The notes: a model not told the origin generated them from the sequence alone. DNA of 32,000 nt from Candidatus Heimdallarchaeota archaeon B3_Heim (GCA_003144275.1 NJBF01000004.1:90001-122000), one strand, 5' to 3'. Shown: positions 18,273-28,163, numbered from the stretch's first letter. Translations and numbers: made by a program.

Positions 18273-19235
18273 CTACTCCTTTACTGTAGGAGTACCCTCC
18301 GTAATCATCTTGAATACATCATAACGGCCAAGACCATAAACATGAATCCATGGTACTCCATTTTCTCGTAATGTGCAATAATTTTCATGAGCAATTTGAA
18401 GAGCTACTTGAAATTGTTGCTTTTTAGACGTTTTTTGTTTCAAACGAGTTTTAATTTCCTGTGAAAGAGGGATACCAGTAACGTTTGCGATAGTAAATGA
18501 AGGTGGAATCACACCTACACCTATTGGAATATCTTTACAATCTATCTCATCTTTAAAATTTAAGAATTGGAGAGGGTCAAAAAGACCTTGAGTAATAAAG
18601 AAATCTGCTCCAAGATCTCGTCTTTTGTTAAATAACTCGATTTGCTGTTTTCTGATACGTCTTTTAGATCCATTTGCTGATTCTTTAAATTCATTAGGAT
18701 CAATAACACTCCCAACAATGAAGTTACCATCATCAATATAAGGAACATCGACTGTTTTCATGCTTGGAATCTGATTTGATAGAGAAGAATACAAATCTGG
18801 GTTTGTAACGCCTTTAATAAAGGTCAACAACTCAAGAGAATTATTAAAAAAACCTGAAACCTTTGGACCTCTTGGATCACCCAACACTGGTAAAAGGTAT
18901 TCAATCCCAAGCCTTCTTGCATCTAAAAGCTCGTTAAAAGTATCGTGTAGAGAAAGACGTGTCGTTAAATGCTGAACTGGGTATGTAATGGCTGCGTGAT
19001 TTGAATTTCTTAAAACTGTTGAAATTAGCTTCATGGTTGATATTGATGATAAACGGAAAGTGGCACGATTTGTGACAGAAATGAAGTCGATAGATGAAGC
19101 CATTTGTCGAATTAAGTAAGAAAATTTGGAAATCTCTGAATGTTCAAGCTCATTTGAATGAATATGAGGAGGTTCTATTTCAACACTTAAGCTGGGTTGA
19201 AATTTCTCTCTCTCTATCATGAAAACGCCTCTCAA
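18273..19235 (-). CDS. metF: Methylenetetrahydrofolate reductase (MetF/MTHFR family)
   Basis: SVEIEPP, DFISVTN, HLTTR, VLGDP, GADFFITQGLFD and WIHVY motifs; 4-nt overlap with the upstream gene. Confidence 0.8.
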   Translation of the reverse strand: MRGVFMIEREKFQPSLSVEIEPPHIHSNELEHSEISKFSYLIRQMASSIDFISVTNRATFRLSSISTMKLISTVLRNSNHAAITYPVQHLTTRLSLHDTFNELLDARRLGIEYLLPVLGDPRGPKVSGFFNNSLELLTFIKGVTNPDLYSSLSNQIPSMKTVDVPYIDDGNFIVGSVIDPNEFKESANGSKRRIRKQQIELFNKRRDLGADFFITQGLFDPLQFLNFKDEIDCKDIPIGVGVIPPSFTIANVTGIPLSQEIKTRLKQKTSKKQQFQVALQIAHENYCTLRENGVPWIHVYGLGRYDVFKMITEGTPTVKE

Positions 19236-20503
19236 ATGGACCGATAAGTTGGTAAGCCTAATTTATCCTGTAAGATAGATCGAGCTTTGTGAGTACCCTC
19301 AACCATTGCAGAAAGCATCATATGGAGGTCATTGAGCTTCCTAACTGGTCGTAACCCACAATCTGGAGCAGCTAATAATAAAAAGGGCCCTATTTCACCC
19401 AATTTCCCCTCTAGAAATTCTGCTTGGTAAAGAAGACGATCTCTAACGAGTTCACGTAATTGCTGCTGTGCAGTACCTGATTTTACTTCTTCATCAGAAA
19501 AATGACGGTCAGCATGTACCTCTAGAATACCGAGCGCCAATTTACATCTTGATCCTTCATTAAACGCCTTTACAGTTCTTTCCAAACTATCTTGATAAGA
19601 AGAACGGTCATTATGGGAAGTACCAAGAGATTTTTTATCTCTATTTGCATATTCAAGACTACCGTAATCCCATGGAAGTTGTGGAAGATCTTCAAACAAA
19701 ATATCATAACGATGAGAAAAGCAAGTATGAAAACCGAATTTACAGTTATATTTCTTTAATTCGTTCCGAATTCCTTTGAATAACCGCTTATAAGCTTCAA
19801 TATAACTTTCTCTATCTGCTGGAATAGTAGTATATGCAGGTTCGTCAGAGGTAATATATCGTGCACCACTTTTAATTGATTCTTTGATTTCAGGGATGAA
19901 TACTTCGTCAACTAGATCAAATAAGAATTGTTTATCACTAGAAGGGGTTATCGTCCAATTGAAAACCGTATAAGGCCCAGTAAAACAGAGTTTGAGGGGT
20001 TTTTTAGCCACCTGTTTGGCATATTCAAATTCATCAATGTAAATTGGATTTTTTCGTCGGATATTTACATCTTTTATGCGTACCCCAGGCTTATAGAATC
20101 GGTCATCGAAAGAACGTACATGTTCATTTTCTAAAAATATGCCTTCAATATCTTTTGCAGCATGTTCATACATCTCCCGTCTCCATGCTTCTCCAGTAAA
20201 TACAATATCAAGCCCTGTACTTTCGAGAAGACGAATATTGAAACGTAATCTCAATTTTAGAACATCCAACTCCCACCGTTGAAGGTCAATTTCATTCGTT
20301 TGAGGTCTATTCATAAGTAATGAAATAGCTTCTTGAGATTCACCTAATTCTAATTTTTCCCACCAGTAATGAACTTCATCTAAGTGATCAGGGGGGATCT
20401 CTCTTCCTTGCAATGCCAGAATTGTAGCATTCAATTTCCGCATGGATCCTATTTCATGGGTTGGCAGTAAAAGATTGAATGGATCATTGTCACTATTGGT
20501 CAT
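19232..20503 (-). CDS. Cobalamin-independent methionine synthase, catalytic (C-terminal-type) half
   Basis: THEIGS, GEAWRREM, DEPA; Zn ligands H-x-C (FHTCF), E (SLEYAN) and C (APDCGLR). Confidence 0.85.
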   Translation of the reverse strand: MTNSDNDPFNLLLPTHEIGSMRKLNATILALQGREIPPDHLDEVHYWWEKLELGESQEAISLLMNRPQTNEIDLQRWELDVLKLRLRFNIRLLESTGLDIVFTGEAWRREMYEHAAKDIEGIFLENEHVRSFDDRFYKPGVRIKDVNIRRKNPIYIDEFEYAKQVAKKPLKLCFTGPYTVFNWTITPSSDKQFLFDLVDEVFIPEIKESIKSGARYITSDEPAYTTIPADRESYIEAYKRLFKGIRNELKKYNCKFGFHTCFSHRYDILFEDLPQLPWDYGSLEYANRDKKSLGTSHNDRSSYQDSLERTVKAFNEGSRCKLALGILEVHADRHFSDEEVKSGTAQQQLRELVRDRLLYQAEFLEGKLGEIGPFLLLAAPDCGLRPVRKLNDLHMMLSAMVEGTHKARSILQDKLGLPTYRSI

Positions 20504-20507
20504 ACTA

Positions 20508-21569
20508 TCACCTGTCTTTCAGTAGCTTCACGATAACTTTACCTAATTGTTGTACCTTGAGATCGGCCACAGCCCTTGGAACAAATTCCAAACGAGAGGT
20601 AGGAGCCAAAATAATCTCTTTGGCTTGAGACTCGGCAAGTTCACTTCCTAATTTAATCAGCTCATCAGATTTTTCTACCACAAGCTCCCCCTGAGCATCT
20701 CTAAAATAGCTTTGAGCATCCACAACACCTGCAATTAGTGATTTGCCATTAATATCATAAGAAAGTAATTCCTGAATATTATTTCTTAAACAATCAACAC
20801 CAATCGCCCAAGCATTGGAATTTAGCAATAAATGCAGAATATCTGAAGAAAGCTGATTATAAGTATGAAAAGCTATATTTAACGATGTGCTTGAACTTAT
20901 TTGACTCCAGAGATCATTTAATAAGGAAATAGTATCCTTTCCTATTGATTCCCAGGCAATAAACGACTCATTGAATACAATATGTGAATAGCCACGCGAT
21001 GAAAGGAATTTCAATTCAGAGATTAAAATCTCTGAAAAGTCAATCATGAGATCATCTATGGATTTGTATACCTTGTCCCCATCTTCATTGATTGCAGCTG
21101 CTCGCGAGAAAGAAAACGGACCTGGCAAACATATGCTCCAAGCATTATTTTTGAGCTCACTTGGTAGAAAAGGCATTTGCAAGATATTTCCATCAAGAAA
21201 AGGATGTTTAGCGTTTTGGAGGATGGAGTTTTCTGAGAAGATTCTTCCAGTGACGATTGGCTGGCGATAAAAGGTATTAGTTAATGGTATACGGGCAACT
21301 GGGAGGTTCTTAACAGATTTATCCGTAGATAAACCCCCTAGTTCTTCGGAAAAGGGTCTAAAAATATCCCACCATCCTAAATTTCCAGTGGAGATAGCCA
21401 GACAAGATGTTTGGGTTAAAAGCTTAGTAAGATTTATAATATCGTCTTTAAAAGCCTTCTTGACATTATCAGGGGAGGATGTTCTACCATACTTGAAATC
21501 AAAAATTTTTCTGATCAAGGGTTCGGAGAGAGGATGAATTCCTGTTAAAATTGAACTAAATCGGGTCAA
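20508..21569 (-). CDS. Non-catalytic N-terminal-type half of a split MetE
   Basis: TGIHP, TNTFYRQP, LPGPFSFS, VFNES and AGVVDAQS features of the MetE fold; Zn-ligand positions degenerate (FHTY, APTSRL); 4 nt upstream of the catalytic half. Confidence 0.75.
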   Translation of the reverse strand: MTRFSSILTGIHPLSEPLIRKIFDFKYGRTSSPDNVKKAFKDDIINLTKLLTQTSCLAISTGNLGWWDIFRPFSEELGGLSTDKSVKNLPVARIPLTNTFYRQPIVTGRIFSENSILQNAKHPFLDGNILQMPFLPSELKNNAWSICLPGPFSFSRAAAINEDGDKVYKSIDDLMIDFSEILISELKFLSSRGYSHIVFNESFIAWESIGKDTISLLNDLWSQISSSTSLNIAFHTYNQLSSDILHLLLNSNAWAIGVDCLRNNIQELLSYDINGKSLIAGVVDAQSYFRDAQGELVVEKSDELIKLGSELAESQAKEIILAPTSRLEFVPRAVADLKVQQLGKVIVKLLKDR

Positions 21570-21809
21570 TATGAATCAGGTACCAAGTTCTGAAATGGCT
21601 ATTCATATATTGCTGTGAGAAATATGATTGAGGGGAATATTAATAGGCCTCACCATCCACGTTTTTAATTGTAAACCTGACAATCATTATCAATTCAAGC
21701 AATTAAAATATTGTGAAATGACATTCAAACCGCTTAACAGATAAGGTACTATTATTAGGATAATCTTTGATAGTATATATTCCCTCAAGCATAGACTAAG
21801 GCTAAAAAA

Positions 21810-22379
21810 GTGAATGAACCCATGTTACCAGATTTAATTGATTTACGCCGACTAAGGAAAATTACTGGAATCACACAGGATGAAGTAGCTCATCGAGCGG
21901 GGATTTCTCAATCCATGATAGCTAAAATAGAAGCAGGAACTCTTAATCCATCTTACAATGTTATTCGTAAAATCTATAACATTCTATATTCAATTGAACA
22001 CAAGAATCAAACCAAAGCGTATGAAATCATGTCTCCTGTGATTTTTGTGAAAAATACTGACAGTGTTCAACAAGTATTTGAAATTATGAAGCAAAATAAT
22101 ATATCCCAGTTACCAGTCTTGACAGAGAGTGGAAAAAATGTGGGAAGTGTAACGGAACACACCCTATTAGATATTTTGTTAAAGGGGCAAACGTTAGAGG
22201 AAATAGCCGAGAAAGCAGTTGACAATATAATGAAAGATGTATTTCCTGTAGTAAGCCGAGAAATACCATTGGATGCAATTGCAAATTTGTTAAAGTTTTC
22301 ACCCTGTATTTTAGTCTCAGAAAATGGACAAATTACGGGCATAATAACGAAGGCAGATTTACTGAAAACTTCAAGGTAA
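21810..22379 (+). CDS. XRE-type HTH plus tandem CBS domain transcriptional regulator (COG3620-like)
   Basis: LRKITGITQDEVAHRAGISQSMIAKIEAG helix-turn-helix; CBS pair (ISQLPV...GSVTE; GIITKADLL). Confidence 0.9.
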   Translation: MNEPMLPDLIDLRRLRKITGITQDEVAHRAGISQSMIAKIEAGTLNPSYNVIRKIYNILYSIEHKNQTKAYEIMSPVIFVKNTDSVQQVFEIMKQNNISQLPVLTESGKNVGSVTEHTLLDILLKGQTLEEIAEKAVDNIMKDVFPVVSREIPLDAIANLLKFSPCILVSENGQITGIITKADLLKTSR

Positions 22380-22463
22380 ATTGTCGATTATTCCATTATT
22401 GAAAGTAATTATGACAACATAATTAAGAGAGAATAAAGCAGAAGTGTTGAGAGGTTGGAATGA

Positions 22464-22964
22464 TTGTTTGAAGTAAAACCAATTGGTTATATTCGCAAAT
22501 CAGAGGAAGGATCGTTCATAAAAATTCTCCCCGAATACAAAATGGGTCTATATCGCTTGGAAACAATATCTCATATCTTCATTCTTTGGTGGATTCACGA
22601 AAATGACACAAAGGAGGCCAGACAAGCGCGTATAACGATACCTCGAGTTAGAAATGCCGAGGTTGAACCTGAACAAATGGGAACATTTGCGACACGATCT
22701 CCAAGAAGGCCAAATCCTATAGGAATGACTTTAGCTCGGATAACATCCATCATTGATAACCATATTTATGTAGATTATATTGATGCCTTTGAAGGAACAC
22801 CTGTAATAGATTTGAAACCCTATCTCCCAAATGGGGATAGAATTGATGAAGAAATTAGCCTCCCACCATGGTTTGCTCATTTACACACTTCTAGACCACC
22901 GAACTTAAACAAAAATGATCAAGAAAAATGTGGGAGTGAATTTACGGAAGAAGGACGTTTTTAA
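22464..22964 (+). CDS. tsaA: TrmO/TsaA (UPF0066) SAM-dependent tRNA methyltransferase, single-domain form
   Basis: KPIGYI, GTFATRSPRRPNPIG, DAFEGTPVIDLKPY. Confidence 0.88.
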   Translation: MFEVKPIGYIRKSEEGSFIKILPEYKMGLYRLETISHIFILWWIHENDTKEARQARITIPRVRNAEVEPEQMGTFATRSPRRPNPIGMTLARITSIIDNHIYVDYIDAFEGTPVIDLKPYLPNGDRIDEEISLPPWFAHLHTSRPPNLNKNDQEKCGSEFTEEGRF

Positions 22965-23577
22965 GAGCCTCAGGGAAAAGTAATAACCCAGCAGCAATAG
23001 CCCCTTTCTGAGCAAGGGAAAAAGACTCCGCAGTACCGACTATTACTACGATTTTTCCCCATGATAGACCTTGTGTCACTTTTTGAATCCGTTGCTTGAC
23101 TTTTCTGGAAGTCAGAGGCGATGTAGGTAGGGGGGGATAAATAACATTCAGCAAATAGAATTTATCTCTTGCTTCTTGAAAAAAGACAGTACAACCCTTG
23201 GAACCGGCAAGTAAGGCCTCGTCACGAAGAACAACAGTATTTAGATAGTCAATTCCAGTCGCTTCCAGACAAACAACTGCATCTTTCGATCCGACTGTAA
23301 AATTAGCGCCAAAAGAAACGTGAATAGGCGAAATATGCATAATTTCCTCACATTTGGCCAAATAATCAGCCCCTTCTTGAGAGAGTGTATGCCCTTCACG
23401 ACGACTAATTTTCTTAATGAGCTTCTTATCCACCAAGTGATGAATAATAGGGCGAGTTTGATCCTTTGTTAGACCGAGATGCTGAGCTAACCGATAACGG
23501 CCTAGATTTTGATAACGGGTAAATTGATGAAGAGAAAGATAGTGTTCTATGAAGGAATGATCGCTCTTAAGACTCAT
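22942..23577 (-). CDS. Winged-HTH protein, DUF4443-like putative regulator
   Basis: GRYRLAQHLGL...LVDKKLI...GHTLS wHTH; LRDEALLAGSKGCTVF motif; 23-nt convergent overlap with trmO. Confidence 0.65.
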   Translation of the reverse strand: MSLKSDHSFIEHYLSLHQFTRYQNLGRYRLAQHLGLTKDQTRPIIHHLVDKKLIKKISRREGHTLSQEGADYLAKCEEIMHISPIHVSFGANFTVGSKDAVVCLEATGIDYLNTVVLRDEALLAGSKGCTVFFQEARDKFYLLNVIYPPLPTSPLTSRKVKQRIQKVTQGLSWGKIVVIVGTAESFSLAQKGAIAAGLLLFPEALKNVLLP

Positions 23578-23686
23578 ATTGTAATTATTCCTATTTGCAA
23601 ATCACAAAATTCGAAGTGAACTTTGACAAATTGTTTCGAGGTCCACTGAGATTTCATTCAGGAAAGACTTTAATTGTTATCGATAC

Positions 23687-24052
23687 ATGGTAATTATCCT
23701 AGAAAGGTTAGGAGAAATATCAATGTATTACGCAGATGCGCTCAGTGACGGATTGGCATGGTGGGGAGAAAAAATATGGATTTTCCTGCATGATTTACCC
23801 CCAACCGAGTGGGTCGAAGGAACAGAGTATACTCTAAAGATTCTCTTGTATCTATCACCGATAATTATTTTCCACCTGCTTATATTCATTATTTTCAAGC
23901 TCCGTTCACGAAGAACAGAAGATAAATTGATGAAGCGATTTAAACTCGCGAAGCTCTCCTATGTGTGTCCACATTGCAACTATATTCCAGAATATGCCCC
24001 AAAAACGGGTGTTTTCTTTTGCCCAAAGTGTGGAAAAATGTCACATATTTGA
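23687..24052 (+). CDS. Small membrane protein with C-terminal zinc ribbon
   Basis: One TM segment, then CPHC-x11-CPKC. Confidence 0.7.
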   Translation: MVIILERLGEISMYYADALSDGLAWWGEKIWIFLHDLPPTEWVEGTEYTLKILLYLSPIIIFHLLIFIIFKLRSRRTEDKLMKRFKLAKLSYVCPHCNYIPEYAPKTGVFFCPKCGKMSHI

Positions 24053-24198
24053 ATAATAGGCATTCTCACTCAAATATGTAGAAACATTGGTTTATTACCT
24101 ATCAGAATTCATTTGCGGTGTAAGACTTCAGCAATGAGTAGAAATTTTTTGAGAATAAGATTAATCAAATATAGATTATTGTAACTAAATGACTTAGA

Positions 24199-25194
24199 AT
24201 GACTACTTCTAATAAATATACAGCTTTAGAAGCTGTAATGAAACAACAGCTAACAATGGAAGTTCCTTATGCTGTATGGAAACATTTTGTTGAAGCAGAT
24301 AGGACAGCAACAGGATTAGCAGAGGCTCAACTACAATTTCAAAAAGAATTTAATTCCGTCTTCATGAAAATCTCGCCCCATGGCAGCTATTGTGTTGTAG
24401 ATTTTGGAGGTATTCTGGGAGGATATCGACCCATATCTGGGTCACGTATTTGTGAACGGGTACCTATTCTATCATTAGATGATTGGGAAACATTAGAACC
24501 TGTGGATCCAAATGAAGGGGAATTTGGAGAGCAAATAAAAGCAGTAAAAATTATAACTCGAGAAACAGAGGGGAAAGTACCCACTGTCATGACAGTTTTC
24601 TCTCCGTTCATGGTAGCTTCAAAGCTAGATCCAAATTTACTTGAAAACCTAAGTCAAGATCGGGATTTACTCACCAGTCAACTAAAAATGCTGACCAAAG
24701 TTATGAATGACTTTTCACGATCTGCTCTCGATGCAGGTGCAGATGGATTATTTTTAGCTACACAGCATTTTAACGAACAATTACAATTAAATGATTTACA
24801 AGAATTTGAGTATCAACCAATGGAATCCATCTTATCAAGTAGTGAAAGGAAATCTTTTTTCAACATTCTCCACTTACATGGAGAGAACCCCTACTTTCGT
24901 ATGGCAAGTGAATTGCCCGCGATTCATGCAATCAATTGGCATGATCAACAAACAAGCCCCGCATTAATGGAAGGTAGACAAGATTTTAATGGAGCACTCT
25001 TGGGAGGGTTAGATGAAATGGGAATGATACGAGAAGGATCGAGCACACAAATTCAAGAAGCCATTTATCAAATTTATCGGGAATTTGATGGTCGAGGGCT
25101 AATCTTTGCTCCAGGATGTGTTCTCCCTCAAAATTTTGCTGATGAACAAATAAATCATGTCATAACGGCGATAGCGTCCTTACAGCCTATATAA
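24199..25194 (+). CDS. Uroporphyrinogen decarboxylase/MtaA-superfamily TIM-barrel protein
   Basis: TVFSPF, AGADGLF, LHLHG, INWHD, GGLD and IFAPGCVLP motifs; lacks the RQAGRY motif of true HemE. Confidence 0.75.
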   Translation: MTTSNKYTALEAVMKQQLTMEVPYAVWKHFVEADRTATGLAEAQLQFQKEFNSVFMKISPHGSYCVVDFGGILGGYRPISGSRICERVPILSLDDWETLEPVDPNEGEFGEQIKAVKIITRETEGKVPTVMTVFSPFMVASKLDPNLLENLSQDRDLLTSQLKMLTKVMNDFSRSALDAGADGLFLATQHFNEQLQLNDLQEFEYQPMESILSSSERKSFFNILHLHGENPYFRMASELPAIHAINWHDQQTSPALMEGRQDFNGALLGGLDEMGMIREGSSTQIQEAIYQIYREFDGRGLIFAPGCVLPQNFADEQINHVITAIASLQPI

Positions 25195-25201
25195 TCACCA
25201 A

Positions 25202-28159
25202 TTACCCTAAAATTTTTTCTGGAAGATGCTTGGAATAAATTTCATTGACTTTTTGGCTGGCTTTAACCACAATTACAATGAGATTAGAGAAGAGAATTGC
25301 CATTACAAGCCAAAAATCAACACGGGGACTAATAATTACCCCACCGATGTTGATATGTTGAAAATTAGGGAGAATGGTCATTCCCCACATTCCAAGAATG
25401 CTTCCACTGAGGCTGGCAATAAAACCAAGAGTTGCTAGTTGCAAAACAAGACTAAAAGTAATTTGTTGACGATTTGCTCCTAAATATTGAAAAGTAATTA
25501 TCGTACGCTCATTTGCCACAATTGGATGAGAAATAACTGAAGCAATACTTAATAATGATAAAACAGAAACTATAATCACTATAGTCGTCAATGTTGTAGT
25601 AATTAGAGAAAGAGTAGAAGACAGAAATCCAGAAACAAATTCGGATGACCATACTACTGAAAAACTGCTATCTTGCCAAAATGCGTATTTCCCTGAAGTT
25701 AAAATTGGTCCATTAGTATCAATTCGAATTAGGATCTCAGATTCATGATCAACAAATGAAATCAATTGCTTAGGATAGATTTCTTCATTATGGGTTACAA
25801 CTAAGGAATAATTACCCCATGGAATTCCTAATAGTCGAATTTCACCTGCAGTATCAGTGAATACCTTAATTTCAGTATTATAAAAATCATTTCGGAGAAC
25901 TACGAAAGCCAGATCAAGATTTTGATAAAATTGATTCTCAAATGTAAGATAAAGATCGCCACTCAACTCTATTGTTATGTTCAACCACAATATCTGACTT
26001 TCAGTTAAATTTTGAATATGAAGAGATGAAAAACCCAGTGTGGTAAGCTCAATCGTGTAATTTCCAATAGGTACAATGAACTCAGCCATCCCTGATCTAT
26101 TTGTAAGCAAAGTGAAAAGTTGTCCAGAAGAATCAGCAACTGATACTTCTATATTATTGATAGGAGAACTACTTACAGACTGAGTCAGGAGGGTCACACG
26201 AACCTTACCAAGATTTATATCAATGTGAGTTGTTTGATTGTATACTAATACATAACCATTCCAACTGAAAATATCTTTAGATACCGAGATACTATAATTT
26301 CCTGGATCGGGAAAAGAAAACTGAACGTCTCCTGTGCTATTTGTCAATCCAAATGCTACTAAACTCTCATTATCCCTTATCTCAAGATAAGATTCATCTA
26401 GACCGTTTGTATGGGGATCAAAGCTCGTTCCATTTCTTACACGTATATTCAATTTGTATTCGTCATAGAAATCGATAACAAGAGACAGAAAATTTGTAAA
26501 AGTGACAACACGTGTGTGAATTTTACTTTGATTGTCGATTAAAGATATAATAATTGAATAATTTAAACCCACGTTTAAAACAAATACACTCGTCCCGTTA
26601 GTATCAGTAAGTTGCGAAATAATTGTATTATTAGGCCAGCGAACCGATATATTTGCAGAAACACCATTCTGTTGGGAATTTCGAATCCACAGATGTAATT
26701 CATCAGCTCCTAAAATAATAGTGCGACGAATTAACCCCTCAATTGAGATGTTAAATGCGTGGAGATAACTAGAATATTTGTATATGACCCGATATGGCCC
26801 TGGCTCAAGATAGATTGAAGTATTACTCAAATAATTTGCTGTATGATAAATTTGTGTCCCATTAGGAAGAAGGATAGTGAAATTTCCCCCATTAATCTCG
26901 AGACCTGCAGTATAATTCCTTACAACTAATGAAAAAGAGCTATCAATATTGATAGATACTAATGTAGATTGGGTTACATGATATAATGAATAGTAGGAGA
27001 GATTTTGATAATATACTGCAAGGTTGTATGCTTTATCAGGAACATTTGGGAAAAATACAACTCCTGATTCATTAGTCCTACCAGAGTAAATACCTTGATT
27101 ACTAAAACGCTCGATTACGTTAACTGTAGCATTGAAAGCTAGATTAGAATTATGCAAAACCTTTATCGCAAGATCATGGAAGGTGCTACCGATAGATATA
27201 ACAAAAGGAGTATAAAAAAACTGATTGACAAAGACACGAAGAACATTACTTTGACCTGTACTCGGAGGAGAGGCGACAAATTCATAAGTTCCGAATCGGA
27301 GATGAAAAAAAGTAATATTTCCCGATTCAATATATTGGGTTTTGACATGTTGACCATAGGGAGTATAGGCAATAATTGGTATGTCTTGGAAGGTACTTTT
27401 TAATTCTGGATCATCAGTGGATAAAGAGATAGGGACTAAATATTCTTGTGTCAGATGCTCGGATACGTCCTCTTTTGATATAACATTGGTATCAATAAGC
27501 ACTTGTAAGAATGATACAAATCCAGTACTCTTACCAGTCATAGTTTGACCTAGAGATAATGAAACTATCAATTCTTCATCACTAGGAGAGTCAGATCGTA
27601 AGATACCAGTTATTACAACTTCTATAACAGTCTCATCCAATGTACAGGCAAGTTGGAGAGTATCGCCTACAGAAAGTCCCAAATTATCCGCTAAAATGTA
27701 CCCTACCATGGCTCCATTAATCACCGTCTTGCTAGAATGACCAAACCTTGGATCAAACCATGAACCTCTGATAACTTGGGTTGAAACAAGAGAAGTAAAA
27801 TTAAATGTCACTCCACGAACAACAACTGATTTATCAGCCAAGTTCTGGGCCACTGATAAACCAAGTGTTTCAGGACTGATCGTAAGAACGCCTCGTATCT
27901 TTTGAATATCTTGTTGAAGTGATAATGGGACTTGGCCTGTGAAAGGAGTTGTAATTCCAGGTTGAGTGACAACAATAATATTTTCACTTTCACCAAGGAA
28001 AAACTCCTCTGCACCCACCCCCAACATGAAGGCACCGATTGAGCCTGAAGTAACAGATACGAAAATTATCCCTAGAATGAATAGCCAAAGATCCTTGAAT
28101 GAAAAGATCTTGATTCGAGCTAAATTTGTACTTTTAGGGGGTGAGAATTGTTGTAACAC
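25202..28159 (-). CDS. FtsX/MacB-family permease with a large extracellular insertion of about 7 beta-sandwich repeats
   Basis: N-terminal TM, MacB-like periplasmic core (VVVRGV, MVGYILADNLGLSVGD), repeats at about 25720-27445, C-terminal FtsX TMs (ERTIITFQYLGA). GTG at 28159 with GGAG SD preferred over the listed 28252 start, which overlaps the upstream gene. Confidence 0.8.
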   Translation of the reverse strand: MLQQFSPPKSTNLARIKIFSFKDLWLFILGIIFVSVTSGSIGAFMLGVGAEEFFLGESENIIVVTQPGITTPFTGQVPLSLQQDIQKIRGVLTISPETLGLSVAQNLADKSVVVRGVTFNFTSLVSTQVIRGSWFDPRFGHSSKTVINGAMVGYILADNLGLSVGDTLQLACTLDETVIEVVITGILRSDSPSDEELIVSLSLGQTMTGKSTGFVSFLQVLIDTNVISKEDVSEHLTQEYLVPISLSTDDPELKSTFQDIPIIAYTPYGQHVKTQYIESGNITFFHLRFGTYEFVASPPSTGQSNVLRVFVNQFFYTPFVISIGSTFHDLAIKVLHNSNLAFNATVNVIERFSNQGIYSGRTNESGVVFFPNVPDKAYNLAVYYQNLSYYSLYHVTQSTLVSINIDSSFSLVVRNYTAGLEINGGNFTILLPNGTQIYHTANYLSNTSIYLEPGPYRVIYKYSSYLHAFNISIEGLIRRTIILGADELHLWIRNSQQNGVSANISVRWPNNTIISQLTDTNGTSVFVLNVGLNYSIIISLIDNQSKIHTRVVTFTNFLSLVIDFYDEYKLNIRVRNGTSFDPHTNGLDESYLEIRDNESLVAFGLTNSTGDVQFSFPDPGNYSISVSKDIFSWNGYVLVYNQTTHIDINLGKVRVTLLTQSVSSSPINNIEVSVADSSGQLFTLLTNRSGMAEFIVPIGNYTIELTTLGFSSLHIQNLTESQILWLNITIELSGDLYLTFENQFYQNLDLAFVVLRNDFYNTEIKVFTDTAGEIRLLGIPWGNYSLVVTHNEEIYPKQLISFVDHESEILIRIDTNGPILTSGKYAFWQDSSFSVVWSSEFVSGFLSSTLSLITTTLTTIVIIVSVLSLLSIASVISHPIVANERTIITFQYLGANRQQITFSLVLQLATLGFIASLSGSILGMWGMTILPNFQHINIGGVIISPRVDFWLVMAILFSNLIVIVVKASQKVNEIYSKHLPEKILG

Positions 28160-28163
28160 TATG

